Source of the DNA: the human T2T-CHM13v2.0 reference genome, Homo sapiens
Assembly: GCF_009914755.1 (NCBI RefSeq)
Contig: NC_060928.1
DNA length: 64,000 nucleotides
Direction: 5' to 3' (one strand)
Shown: positions 45,856-60,149 of the stretch, piece after piece
How positions within the stretch are numbered: position 1 is the first letter of the stretch
Layout of the letters: the number at the start of each line of letters is the position of its first letter
Made by a program: the position numbers and the translations under genes
The notes under the pieces: model-generated
What the model was told of the DNA's origin: nothing
Databases searched by the model: none
What the model saw: the letters and a program-made list of their open reading frames with translations, nothing else

Positions 45856-48704
45856 ACACTGGAAACAATCCAAATGTCCAGGAAATAAAAGAAAAATGAA
45901 ACAAATTATAACTCATAAATAGAAACTAGTACAATTATTAAAACATGGTGTAATGTAAGCATTGCTTTAGTCTTTTTTCCTACCCTTTTCCCATTTTTTC
46001 CTAAGCTATTCATTAAACCAAACAACATTTCCTCTGTTGATTTTTGAGGTTTCCTTTTGCACACATTAAAATCATACATAGAAATGAATTTTCTGCTTCT
46101 GGCCATCCCTTAGTGCCTTTGATCTTTCCATTCTTGTGCCCATGCTGCATTGTTTTAATTGTTGTCACTTTATTACATGTTTAATGTACTCACTAGCGTC
46201 CATTTTCAAAACTATGTCAGAAACATACACTTGCTTATTCTCTTGTGGGAATTTTAGAACTCTTTCCTCATTTTCCATCACAAACAGAAATGTCATTGAA
46301 CTTTTGATTGAAATTGTATTGAATGAATACATTAGTTTGAATACAATTGAGATTGTTTTTTAAAATTCATTATTATCATTATAAAATTAGTAAAACTATC
46401 ACAGCAAATAATTTTAATGACTTGTTCACAACATCAGGTTGCAAAATAATCAGAATACAAAAAGTTATAAATGGAATGAACCAAATTATGTGCTTCTTAA
46501 ATTTTATAAAAGACTAAATATCATTGGGCCTCTTAATACACACTAAAATTATGTTATGTTGAAACATGTTTATAAAACTAAAAAAGGATTTCATCTATAA
46601 AGTATTTGTATGTGATAGTTTAAAATTTCTTTCTAGATTTTCACTAAAAATTAAGATTAATAAGAGTTGAGCATTCTGATTTCTACATATAATTCTTTAT
46701 GTAAAATGTACCAAAAAAGTAAGAACTGTTTTTAATTAAAAAATTATAAGACAAAATATGTACTTCATTTAAAAATAATTTTTTTAAATTAAAAGGTTAT
46801 TAAAAGTTGTGTCAAAATATGGATTTAGAAAGAAAATATAAACAAAAAGAATCCAGTAAATAGAAAGAGATATAAAGAAAGTTATGGGAATAAAGATATA
46901 TTTCTGGTAAGAAAGATTTAAGAAAAGAAAATAACTTTACATTAAAAAATCTTGCCTGGTAAATGTTTTTTCCTAAAATAAAGTGACTGGTTATTTAAAA
47001 ATAAGAAAGTATAGAACAAAAAAAAGTTATAAGCATGCCATGAAAGTTACGAAAGTCTGTGTAAGTTGTAAAAGGTCTGAAAAGGATAAATTTACAAAAG
47101 AAATTTTGTATGTGATCAAGTTGACTATATTTAAAAGGGAATTATTTATAAGCCTTTCTAAGGTTTGAGTTTTGATATTAAAAATACACCAATACAAAAC
47201 TAAAAATTTGGTCCCTTATGTTAAAGCAACAAAGTTTTCTTGAAGTAATGATCTGCTTTTAGTAAAATTTACAAGAAGTTCTGATTTTTAATTGTAAAAA
47301 TTTTCAGCCACTTTCTAAACTGTAGCTTATTTTTTTGTTTGTTTTATAGTCTCCATTTAATTTAACTAGTTTTTAGTTTAAAATGCTATCTTCTTCTTAA
47401 AAATGGTATCTTCATTTCTCAAGGTGGAGTTTTCGTCTTGAAGCTTCTCAGAGTCCTATCTCAGAAGTTCAATTTTAATGTGTCTCACAGCATAGCATGT
47501 GCAGTTCATACTACATTGCCTTCTGTTCTTTCACTTTCTTCCCTTGAGAAGGTACATCTTTTTGCTTGGCTGGAATGTTGACTTTCTCCTTCAACTTCTT
47601 TGTTAGCTCCTATAACTTCTTCCTCTCATTCTAACAGCTATTGAGGCCTGACACTAAAAATGTTTGTCTCAAAGACCTAGAAAAGCAATGTTTCTTTTTT
47701 TCCAGTATAACTTGATTCTGTACTTAGCTTTTCTTCATGTGTCTACATTGTTCCATGTAACCAGGGAATTTCTCATGCTTTTACTAAGAGCCATATATCC
47801 CCCTGCTTAAAGTAATACTTTTCTTGTTTATGTTCCACAGTGTACAGTCATAGCCTTGGATATACATTCTGAATACATACAAGTACTTTTTCATCAGGTT
47901 GTCTAAACAGGCTTCCCATGAGGTGAACCAATCACATAGAAGGAGGTTTTTCATTGCCTTTTTAGTAACTGGCCTAAGAAACAAATATTTTATATTTTAT
48001 CAAGATAATTTCCTGTGTTGCCTTTACTAAATTTTTTTATTACTTTTAAAAAATGGAGACTTTAAGGGTTAAAGTTTTTTTAATATCTATATAACTTTCT
48101 GTATTGCTTTTAAGATCTATAATTATCACTCTAATTAAATAAATGACTATCACACAGTGCCCTGTGATACTGTTTTGATCAGGTATTTTAAAACTTTTGG
48201 CATCTTTGATGGACTTCCCCAGCATCAAAATGCTAAATTAAATCTTTTTGACATAAAATTAACTTTGAGATTTTCCAGTCAGGCCCCTAGAAAGCCTCAA
48301 AGGACTTCTCTCTCATCTTGTAGAGATATTAAATAATTAGGCTTATTTGGTAAATTATATGGGAAATATCAAATGCTAAGTGATACTAGATCTTCTTTCA
48401 GTTACATTTATGGATATGTTATTGGTATATATGTTCTAAAATGGTAATAAAACTCTTAAAATCTTCTATGTTATCAGTCATAATTTTGGTTATTATATTG
48501 TAGGCCACAAAATAACTAAATTTCCTTGTAAATTTCTGGTTATGGGGAACTTTTATCCTATTTTCAACTATGGTAGTTTTAAATTTTTGTCATTTACAGT
48601 TATTTTAAATTTTTCTCTAAAGTTGTCTGCAATTAGATTCATTACAAAGACTTTGACAAATACTCTTAAATACAAGTTTCAAAAAACTTTAAGATCAATG
48701 TGGT

Positions 48705-49780
48705 TTTTTTCCCCCAAGATGGCAGATTAGAGGCATTGTTAGCATGCCTCTTGTATTAGTCCCTTTTGATGCTGCTGATAAAGACATACCTGAGACTGGG
48801 TAATTTATAAAGAAAAAGAGGTTTAATAGACTCACAGTTCCCCATGGCTGGGGAGGCTTCACAATCATGGCAGAAGATGAAGGCATGTCTTACATGGCGG
48901 CAGGCAAGAGACAGCATGTGCAGGGGAACTCTCCTTTGTAAAACCATCAGATCTCATAAGACTTATTCACTATCATGAGAACAGTATGGGAAAAATCCAC
49001 CCCCATGATTCAATTATTTGCCACTGGGTTCTTCCCACAACACATGGGAATTATGGGAGCTACAATTCAAGATGAGATCTGGGCGGAGATGAAGCCAAAC
49101 CATATCACCTCTCATACTTGGAAAGACAAAATAGTGTGTAGAGACTCACGCTATAATTTTTTTTCCAAGAAACACCACAGGCATTTAACCAGAAAACTGA
49201 AAGAAACCACAGACTCTTTGAAAGAAGTGGTGGCAGCAGCCTACACCATAAGCCAGGTGGAAAACTGTGAGTCCTCAGAGTGTGGCAGTGGGAGAGACTG
49301 CCTCTGTGACACACACTCCCGCTAGGGAACCTGATAATATAGGCCATGGGGGATGGCCTTGGCCCCACCCAGCACTGGAGCTGAGTGGTGGGGAATGTTG
49401 AGAAGGAGCAGCATCGGACATGCTTTGCGTGCACTCCTAGACTCCAGTGGGGATGGAGAGAAGACATTCCTGACTCTACTTCACAGGGAGCCTTGCAGAA
49501 GTCAGCCAGCCAACTCAGGTGGCAGTCACAGGTTGAGAGAAGGTCTCAACTGTGATTCACGACATAATCTTGAGTGGGGATGAGCTCCCTTGGCCAGAAC
49601 TAAGGGGCAAGTGGGGGTACTGTAGTCACAAGTACAGAAGCTGGGCACCCCTGCTTTGGGGTGGACCAGGAGGGGCACAGCCTGAAAACCACAGTTTCTG
49701 TCTGGGTGGGGAAAGCTTATAGCCTGTGGCAGTTTTGAGTTCTCAGTGCAAGGTTCCTGGAACCCAGCTAGCTGGGTTAA
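48705..49780 (+). mobile_element. L1PB-type 5'UTR fragment
   Basis: ccaagatggcagattagaggc (L1 5' start with YY1 core caagatggc) ... cttggaaagacaaaatagtgtgtagag; split by a THE1 LTR. Confidence 0.6.
48752..49107 (-). mobile_element. THE1 solo LTR
   Basis: tgtattagtc ... ccaaaccatatca; 5-bp TSD CCTCT (48747 / 49108). Confidence 0.92.
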
Positions 49781-49893
49781 ACAAACAAAAAGAGTTTGTG
49801 CTGTTGCTAATACTACATGCTATACTTGGATAAATTCCCCTAGAAGAGTTAAGACTCAAAGACACAAAATTAAAAAAAAAATGCAGGTTACAA

Positions 49894-50381
49894 TGAGGGA
49901 AGAAAGAGACCTCTCATATTGTTTTATACTCAGTACCTGTTTTAAGAAAAAAACAAGGAAGTGAAACCAAAGGCAGGCAGCCCAGCGCCAGGCGCCAGAC
50001 CCAAAACCGGACCCAAAACCAGGCCTGGGCCTGCCTGGCCTAAACCTAGTAGTTAAAATTCCACCCCTGACCTAGCAACTGATGTTATCTATAGATTCCA
50101 GACATTATATAGAAGGACATTGTGAAACCTCCCATTCTGTTCTGTTTCACTCTGACCACCGGTACATGCAGCCCCCGTCATGTACCGCCTGCTTGGTCAA
50201 ATCAAGCACGACCCTTTCATGTAAAATCTTTAGTGTTGTGAGCCCCTAAAAAGGACAGAAATTGTGCACTCAGGGAGCTCGGATTTTAAGACAGTAGCTT
50301 GCCGATGCTCCCAGCTGAATAAAGCCCTTCCTTCTACAATTCAGTGTGTGAGAGGTTTTGTCTGTGGCTCATCCTGCTACA
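49894..50381 (+). mobile_element. ERV1 solo LTR (LTR15-like)
   Basis: TGAGGGAAG ... CCTGCTACA termini, 4-bp TSD ACAA, aataaa near 50318; subfamily from memory. Confidence 0.75.
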
Positions 50382-51719
50382 ACAACAAGTTTCACCTAAT
50401 TTGTCATGATCATTTAATTAATTTAATTTATTTAATTTATTTAACTGGTTGCTTTTAAACCTAAGTTCATGGATCACAACTAATATACAAGCTGAGATTG
50501 TCATATTACTATTAATTTTACTTTGTATTTTTCTTTTAAACCTTGTACCTATTACTTGTTAAATTTCTACAGAACAAATCTTCACAGAATAATACTGGCC
50601 CAACACTTTTAGATAATAGTAAATGCCTACAGAATAGACAAAAACTTAAACTTAACACTTGATTTTAGGTAGATGTAGCCTGAGAACCACTCTCTCCAAA
50701 CCCCTCTTGTTGCTCAAATGTAGCTAAAAGAGTTTAGACACTAACTCCAATTACACCTTCCAATGTAGGACCAACCAACAACGTGAGACAGGTTGATCCC
50801 AGCTGCCTCACCTAGGGATAATCAAAACCTAACTACAAAATGGTTAACCAGTGATTTTTTTAAAAAATCTTGATCAAAAAAGGAAATGTGAAAGTTGTCA
50901 GAATAAAAATAAAGTCACCTGTGTTAAAAAGCAAAAATAAAAGCAAACCCCTGAAAAATAAAGCTAAGGAAGGTCATGAAAGGAAGATTCTCATATACAG
51001 ATGCCTGCTGGCAAAAACTATTGCAAAAGACTGCAAAAACCTTGCACAAAGGCCACTACAACCTTACACGAGAAAATACTGCTGCGAGAACACCTGCCTA
51101 GCAACTGCCTGTCCAACCTTGGACTGATGCCACCCTTGTTACTGATCCTTCTATTCAAAGATAACTATCTCAAAAACAATTACATAATTCGTCTCATTTT
51201 TTCTTTAAAATCCTTTGTCTTCTTTTACCTCCCTGAATATGCACATGGTTTACTATGGCACACCTATGCCAATTGCAATGCCCATTCCTGAATAAACATT
51301 GTTTTCTTTTAGAAAGTCTCCCTGTTTGTTATTTAGATTGAAAAAATTTGCAACAATTAGTATATTTCTTTCCTTGAGAGGAAAGAAAAGTGGGAGCTCA
51401 AAGTTAATCATTCTTATCTGACATAAATGTTCTTCTGAGCATATAAAATCGTTCCTTTATGGCCTCACATCATTCCTAATCTCTCTTCTCATACTTTTGC
51501 CTATAATTTTCATCTAAGTCTATTTCTTCTTTATCTTTGCAAGAGAAATAGCTAATTGATTTGTTTTAAAAAAAATATATCATTTGGAGTCACATAAATG
51601 TTCAGCCACGACAATTGTTTTATGATGTATCTTTGATTAAATTCATGGAACCAGCATTAATTCCTACATTTATTTCCCTTTCTTGCCTTCTAGCAGCCTA
51701 CTCTAAAAGCCACCTTCGT

Positions 51720-54700
51720 CTACCACAGGCTCAGCCATAAAGCAAGTCTCAATGATTCAAAAGAATTAAACTCATACCAACCATACTCTCAGACCACAGT
51801 GGACTAAAATTAGAAATCAACAGCAAGAAGATCTCTCAAAACCACACAATTACATGGAAATTAAATGACCTGCTCCTGAATGACTTTTGGGTAAACAATG
51901 AAATTAAGGCAGAGATCACAAATTATTTGAAATAAGTGAAAACAGAGACATAACATACCAAAATCTCTGAGATGCAGCAAAAGCAGTGGTAAGAAGAATG
52001 TTTAGAGTGCTAAATGCCTACCTCAAAAAGTTAGAAAGATCTCATATTAATAATCTTATCACCACTCCTAGAGGAAGTAGAAAAACAAGATCAAACCAAC
52101 TCCAAAGTTAGCAAAAGAAAAGAAACAGCTATAAAATCAGAACAGAACAGAACAAAATTGAGATCCAAAATCCATACAAAGAATCAATGAAACCAAAAGT
52201 TCATTATTTGAAAGGATAAATGAGATTAATAGACCACTAGCTAGATTAAAAAAGAAAGAGAGACGATCCAAATAAGCACAATCAGAAATGATGAAGGTGA
52301 CATTATAACTGATTCCACAGAAATATAAAATATCTTCAGAGACTATTATGAACACTTCTAGGCACACAAACTAGAAAATCTAGAGGAAATGAATAAGTTC
52401 CTGGAAACTCACAATTTCCCAAGATTCAATTAGGAAGAAACTGAAACCCTGAACAGAACAATATCAAGATCTGAAATTGAAGGAGTAATAAAAAACCTAC
52501 CAACCAATAAAAGCCCTGAAAAGATGGATTCACAGCCAAATTCTATTAGATGTACAAAGAAGAGCTGGTACCAATCCTGCTGAAACTATTCCAAAAAATT
52601 GAGGAGGGACTCCTCTCTAATTTGTTCTTTGAAATCAGCATAACACCAATACCAAAACCTGGCAAAGATACAATAAAAAGAAAATGTGGCACATATACAC
52701 CATGGAATACTATGCAGCCATGAAAAATGAAGAGTTCATGTCCTTTGTAGGGACATGGATGAAGCTGGAAGCCATCATTCTCAGCAAACTATCGCAAGGA
52801 CAAAAAACCAAACACCGCATGTTCTCACTCATAGGTGGGAATTGAACAATGAGAACACATGGACACAGGAAGGGGAACATCACACACTGGGGCCTGTTGT
52901 GGGGTGGGGGGAGGGGGGAGGGATAGCATTAGGAGGTATACTTAATGTTAAATGACAAGTTAATGGGTGCAACACACCAATATGGCACATGTATACATAT
53001 GTAACTAACCTGCACGTTGTGCACACGTACCCTAAAACTTAAAGTATTAAAAAAAAAAAAAACAGAAAACTAGAAACCAATATCCCTGATGAACATAGAT
53101 GAAAAAATCCTTTACAAATTACCAGCAAACCGAATCCAGTAGTATATCAAAAGTCAATTCACCATGATCAAGTAGGCTTCCTTCCTGGGATGCAAGGTTA
53201 GTTTAACATATGCAAATCAATATAGGTGATTCACCACAATAGATGCAGAAAAATGTTTTGATAAAATCCAACAAGCCTTAATGATAAAACCTCTCAAGAA
53301 ACTAAGCATTAAACAATCATACCTCAAAATAATGAGAGCCAACTATGACAAACCCACAGCCAACATCATACTGAACAGGCAAAAGCTGAAAGCATTCCTC
53401 TTGAGAACTGAAACAAGACAAGGTGCCCACTCTCACCGCTCCTATTCAGCATAGCAATAAAGTTCTAGCCAGAGCAATCAGGCAAGAGAAAGAAATAAAA
53501 GGTATTCAAATAGGAAAAGAAGTCAAACTATCTCTCTTCACTGATGATCTAGAAAAGACTCCACCAAAAGTCTCCTGGAACTGACAGGGGATTTCAGGAA
53601 AGTTTCAGGATACAAAATCAGTGTACAAAAATCAGTAGTATTTCTATACACCAATAATGTTCAAGCTGAGAGCCAAATCAAGAATGCAATCCCATTTATA
53701 ATAGCTGCCAAAAAAAAAAAACTAGGAAATAATTAACCAAGGAGGTGAAAGATTTAAATAAAGAAAACTACAAAACATTACTGAAAGAAATCACAGATGA
53801 CACAAATGGAAAAACATTCTATGTTCATGGATTAGAACAATCAATATCATTAAAATAGCGATACTGCCCAAAGCAATCTACAGATTCAACACTATTTCTA
53901 TCAAGCTACCAATGTCATTTTCCACCAAACTAGAAAAAAAAATTCTAAAATTCATATAAAACCAAAAAAGAGCCCAAATAGCCCAAGCCATCCTAAGCAA
54001 AAAGAACAAAAGCCAGAGGCATCATATTACCTGACCTCAAGCCATACTGTAAACCTACAGTAACCAAAACAGTATGGTACTGGTACAAAAACAGACACAT
54101 AGACAAATGAAACAGAATGGAGAACACAGAAGTAAAGCTGTACACCTACAGCCATCTGATCTTTGACAAAGTTGACAGAAATAAGCAATGGGGAAAGGAC
54201 TTCCTATTCAATAAATGGTGCTGGGATAGTTGGTTTGCCATATGCAGAAGAATGTAACTGGACCCCTACATTTTACCATATACAAAAATTAACTCAAGAT
54301 GGATTAAAGATTTAAATGAAAGACCTCAAACTATAAGAATCCTACGAGAAAACCTAGGAAATATCATTCTGGACATTGGCCTTGGGAAAGAAAATTGCAA
54401 AAGAAATTGTAACAAAAACAAAAATTGACAAGTGGAATCTAATTAAACTGAAGAGCTTCTGTAGAGCTCTTCAATTCAAGCAACTATCAATGGAGTAAAC
54501 AGACAACCTATGGAATGGGACAAAATAATTGTAAACTATCATCTGACAAAGGGCTAAAATCCATAATCTATAAGGAACTTAAACAATTGAACAAGCAAAA
54601 AACAAATAACCCCATTAAAAAATGGGAAAAGGACATGAACAGACACTTCTCAAAAGAAGACATACAAGTGGCCAACAAACATATTAAAAAATGCTCAACA

Positions 54701-55468
54701 TCACTAATCATCAGAGAGATGCCAATCCAAACCACAATGAGATACCATCTCACACCAGTCAGAAGGGCTGTGATTAAAAAGTCAGAAAACAACAGATGCT
54801 AATGAGGCTGCAGAGAAAAGGGAACACTTATGCACTGTTGGTGGGAATGTAAATTAGTTCAGCCACTATGGAAAGCAGTATGGAAATTTCTCAAAGAACT
54901 TAGAACTACCATTTGACCCAGCAATCCCATTATTGGGTATATATCCAAAGAAAATAAATTATTCTACCAAAAAGAGTGATGCACTCATATGTTCATGGCA
55001 CCACTATTCACAATAGCAAAGACATGAAATTAACTTAAGTGTCCATCAATGGTGGACTGGATAAAGAAAATGTGATACACATACACCGTAGAATACTATG
55101 CAGCCATGAGAAGAAGCAAAATCATGTTGTTCGCAGCAACATGGATGGAGCTGGAGGCCATTATCCTAAGTGAAATAACACAGGAACAGAAAACCAAACA
55201 CTGCATGTTCTCACTTATAAGTGGGAATTAAACAATGGGTACTCATGGACATAAAGATGGCAACACTAGACACTGGAGACAGTGGGATAGATGGAGGGGA
55301 GGGATAGAGGGGAGAAAAGTTGAAAAACTATTGGGTAGTATGTTCAGTACTTGTGTGATGGGATAAATTATACCCCAAACTTGAGTATCTCTCAATATAC
55401 CCAGGAAATAAGTACGCACACGTACCCTCTTAATTTAAAATAAAAGTTGAAGTCATAAAATAAATAAA
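51720..55468 (+). mobile_element. 5'-truncated L1PB (about 3.7 kb, decayed ORF2 and 3'UTR) with a nested younger L1PA 3' end (about 52678-53062)
   Basis: ORF2 remnants (e.g. [21 protein letters not shown]) with stops and frameshifts; degenerate TSD aaaagccaccttc / aatagctaccttc. Confidence 0.9.
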
Positions 55469-56713
55469 TAGCTACCTTCTTGCTAACCCTCCTTCACCCT
55501 CTGTGTTTCAAAGCAATTGCCTTCATTGAAGCCCAGTTTTTCTCTCTTTTTTCAAAGCTTCGTTGTCTCAGTCTTTGAAGGTAAATGGGAAATATGATTA
55601 AAATAGTGAAAATGAAATTCTGACACTTAGTGAAATAACTGTGAATTTCACTTGGCTAGAACACTGCAAATCCCCAGAGACATGAATAAAAATTTCCCAT
55701 TTGATGTTCTTTCCTGGACCAGAAGCCCTAGATCCACATTCCCAGAGCATACATTTGAAAACAGAAGGATATTTACAGGGTTCCTCACCCATCTTCCTGG
55801 CCAGGGCCAAGACTGTCTGGAAACTCCCATCTGATGGGAAGAGACAGCCTATAGGAACCAATGGTACAGCTTTTGGCTAGCTCAAAGCCAGAAGGTGGGC
55901 ATGGGCAGCTGTGCCCCTTGGCTGGCATCATGTTCATGAGCCCTGTTCCTGGGAGAGAGTGTCCCAGCCTCAGAATCTAGGTACCCAGGTCCTCGAATCA
56001 GCTCTTCCTTCCAGTTGCTCTGAGACATGCACAGTTCACATCAGTGAACTTGTCACCTTTTCCCCTGCAGAGCTACTCCTTCTCTTTCATAGCTCCCTGT
56101 CTTAGCATCTGGTACCACCATTCTATCTGGCTGATGTGCCAGACGCCTGAGAGTTATTTTTGACTCCTCCTCTCTGGGACACCACATCCCATCACCACTA
56201 ACCTCACTCAACCTCATCTGCCTCTCTCCATCCACACTGCCATTACTCTGACCCAACTCATAACTGGACCAGTCAACCCCTTCAGTCCTGGCTGGGATCC
56301 AATCCTTTCTCCATGCTGCAGGCCAAAAGCCTTCTTGAAGCACTCATCATGTCCTCAATGATGTCCCATTGCTTTGGGGTACAAATAAGCCTTCACAGTT
56401 ACACAGTCCCCATCAAGGTGTGTGAAAGGTGGCCCTAAGGCTAGACCCAGCCCACAGGTGGGACGTTTTTTGTTTTTTAAAGGTCAGTTTCCAATATTTA
56501 CAAATTATGAAATATGACAAATCTGGATTTGTAATGTCTCTTGAAAATCAGAAAATCTGTCATCTCTAGGCCAGTGTCTGTGATGGAAACAGTAGGAGAT
56601 GCCCTTGTCCCTCAAGCAGCCACAGGTCCTGGGAACCTCTCACCTTGCCCATCCTTCCCTGTGCTCATTTACAGCATAGGTGTGGCCCTCTCTGCTGCCT
56701 GCCTTGCCAGCGG

Positions 56714-56760
56714 TCTCTCCCTCTCCCTCTCCCCCTCCCCCTCCCCCTCCCCCTGCTCCT
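56714..56760. repeat. Pyrimidine hexamer repeat (CCCTCT/CCCCCT)n
   Basis: tctctccctctccctctccccctccccctccccctccccctg. Confidence 0.9.
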
Positions 56761-59593
56761 GACACCTGAGTTTTTCTGCCTCTGAACAAATGCCAGGGCC
56801 TTCCCCCATACTCTTACCTCTGGCTAGAACTCCCCGCCCCCATTGCCTCTCTCTTCCTACAGACCCGCCCAGATAAATCCTACTCATCCTCAAGCCATGA
56901 GTTTAGATGTCACTGCTGCAGGAAAACCACCCCCGATGCCCTACCAGAGGTCAGTGCCTATTTTCCTATTACCTGTGGCCATTGGTCAATTGCCCTCCTG
57001 TGACCTCCGAAGGGCAGGGCTAGCCTGATGATCTCACCACTCTACCACCAGCAGCCAACCCAATACCTGGCACAATACCTAGCACACAATAGAAGCTTTC
57101 TACACATTTGTTGAATGACTGGATAAACTTGACGCCTCTGGGTTAGTGTGCACGCAAGTAAGATGCCATCGACTGGCGGGACAAGATGCGGAAGCAAACG
57201 GAAATCAGTGTGGGAGAGGCACAGGTGCACGGTGTCCTAGGATATGCTGAACAGTCACTATTTGCCAGCGATGTTTTCCCAGAGGAAGTCAAGCTTGAGT
57301 GGGGCTTGGGAATTTGGGACTTGCAACCATTCCTGTTACTGAAGAGGACACTGGGTCAGAGAGGTGAGTCGACCTTCCCAAGGTCACAAAGTCCTTGCAG
57401 TCTGAGTAAGAAAGACGTGGGCTGTACCTGATGTGCTCAAAGCTGTAGCTCCAGAATCAACTCAATGTTTTAACAAATGTGGTGAATGAATAAATAAAGG
57501 GTGAAGACAGAGGTTGAAGACAGACCTTACGGACTCAAGCAGGAGAAAGAACTTGATATTGATTTATAAACAAAGTGGAATTTGGAAATGATCCCCAAAG
57601 AGAAAAGTTTAGCTCTACTGAGGTAAATATTTATTTACTTTTTTTACTCCTAAAGGACAATAGCACTCTTCATTGACTTTTAAATGTATTTTTGTTTAGG
57701 GAGCTGAGGCTGTTATCTTGTTTTTATTATCAACATGTGGTGGTTATTTTGAGAATTTTAAAATATCTTTAGAAACAAAAAGCAAAAGAGTCTCTTTAGT
57801 TTGGAACCTCACTTAGGTTGAGAGACTGTTTCTAACACACTCGCAATTAATTATAGAAATCGTCATGCATATGACAACCACAAATGTAAAATGTGAGTTG
57901 TTTCTGTTTTTGCAAAAGAAGAAACTAAAGTCATAGCCGTAATAACCCAGAATGGTCATAATAAAAGATCAGAAGCAGATGCCTCTGAGGTGACCTCGAT
58001 TGGCTGAAATATAAAAAGTCACTTATAATATCACAGAAAAGTACACTTAAGAATGGTCAAAATGGTAAACTTTATGTGGATTTTACCACAATAAAAAATG
58101 TTCAAAACATTTAAAATTTGCTTTAAAAATGGAATACAGTGATTCCTCCACTTATAAAACCTTCCACTGAATGAGAAAGGAGCTGGCCCTAGAGTCAGTG
58201 AGGCTCAGTAGCTGGGACAGAAAGGACCCTGTGGGCAGAATTAGCCCCTTCTCTCCAGAGAGCCCACATTCCCAGAAACACCAGTGTGATCCATCCTTGG
58301 ATGTGTAAGACACAACCCATACGTGGCTTTGAAAGCACACAGACCCGGGTTCTGGTTTCAGCACCAATATGCCCTTGTTTGTGAGAGCTCTGTCCCTTAC
58401 CTCTCTCTGCTTGCGTCCAAGGCTGCATATCTGAGCTACTCACAAAGTAGCTGTTAGGATTTGAGCAGCATAACAAATGAGTCTTTTACATAACTGCTCT
58501 AGGACGTGCGAATTTGTTATGTTTGCCCCCTGCTGCTAGAATTCAGCTCCACAGGGAGCTGTTTGTCTGTTGTGCACTGTTCGTGCCTAGAACAGTCTGG
58601 CATGAAGTGGGCATTCGACCATCATTAGTGGTTTAATCTCTGCCTACCCTCCTGCCCTGCCTGTGTGAGTGGGAAGGCAGCGCCCCTGCATCCCTGGGAG
58701 GCATCCCCTGGGAGGAATCCTAGCAAGTCCAGTGGCCTCTTTATCCCCATGTCTACCACCTCAGTCGCAGCTGCATCCTTCCCTTACCATGTGTACCAAT
58801 AGCAGCAGCCCTCTGCCTCTCTCCTCCCCACCCTTCCCACTCTAGTCTACACCCACCGCCTCCACCCCAGAGCCACCTTCTAACACTGATCTGGCCATGT
58901 CACCCTCCAGCTCCAGTGCCATCCAGGGCTTCCTATTCCCCCAGGGTGAAGTCTGTGGTGGCTCAGTGAACAGACGCTTCATCTCTCACCCTCCCCATGC
59001 CTGCTTTCTCCTCAGCCCCACAGCCATCTGAGTTCTTTCCCAGGGCTGTGCCCCATCTTGAGCCTTTTCTTTACTGATTTCCTTTCTCTGGTATATCCTC
59101 TGTCCCAATCCCCATCATCACCTGCCTAACTCCTGCTTACCCTTCAGGAGTCCATTTAGAGGCCACCTCTTCTAAAAAGCCTTCCTTGAGTTTACCCCAC
59201 CCCATTCGACCTGAGTGAAATGTTTCTTTTCTCCCTGCTAAGGCCACACAGCAAGTAAATCATCGAACTGGGATTCAAATTCAGGCCCACCTGCTCCCAA
59301 AACAGCAAGCCAAAACCGGAAGACTCTACTTACTTATCTATTCAGGAAAAAAGAGACTAAAGAATGAGGTAGAGCTAAGCTAACGTCTTGAAAAGATGCC
59401 CAAAATATATTAAATGAAAACACCAGGTTGTAGAACAATGTGTATGGCATAACTCCATCAAAGCCACAATAAACTATATATGTTTATATAGGTTTTTAAA
59501 GCACAGAAGATGCCTAAACAAACACAAATTGAGCTATTAATGATAATTACTGGGTGGGTGAACTTAAACATTCTATAAGGTTTCAATTTGTTA

Positions 59594-59950
<357 letters not shown>

Positions 59951-60149
59951 TTAGAGAGGTGTCTTCCCGGGGGAGCTGCACTCTGGTTACAATGCCTCTC
60001 TTGGCTCTGCTTTGCCCTGGACATTAAATAGCACTGTAGCCACGGCATTTTTCCCAGCACTTAGCACAAATTGCCAAAGCTTTCCCATGAACTTTATAAT
60101 TTAATCCTAAAGTATGACTGGAGGTGCATTTCAGAGGACAGGACACAGC

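Larger units (their letters stand above)
46430..51343 (+). mobile_element. MER4-group ERV1 remnant: AT-rich internal sequence plus a 3' LTR (about 50887-51343, LTR23-like), with nested insertions
   Basis: Purine tract caaaaaaggaaa directly before tgtgaaagttgtcagaat; aataaac near the LTR end; no 5' LTR recognised. Confidence 0.6.

Noticed and set aside
46430-50886. Retroviral gag/pol/env ORFs
   Set aside because: The sequence is AT-rich and degenerate, with no sizeable ORF or recognisable retroviral protein motif.
51720-55468. Active L1 or intact reverse transcriptase
   Set aside because: 5'-truncated, interrupted by another L1, and full of stops and frameshifts.
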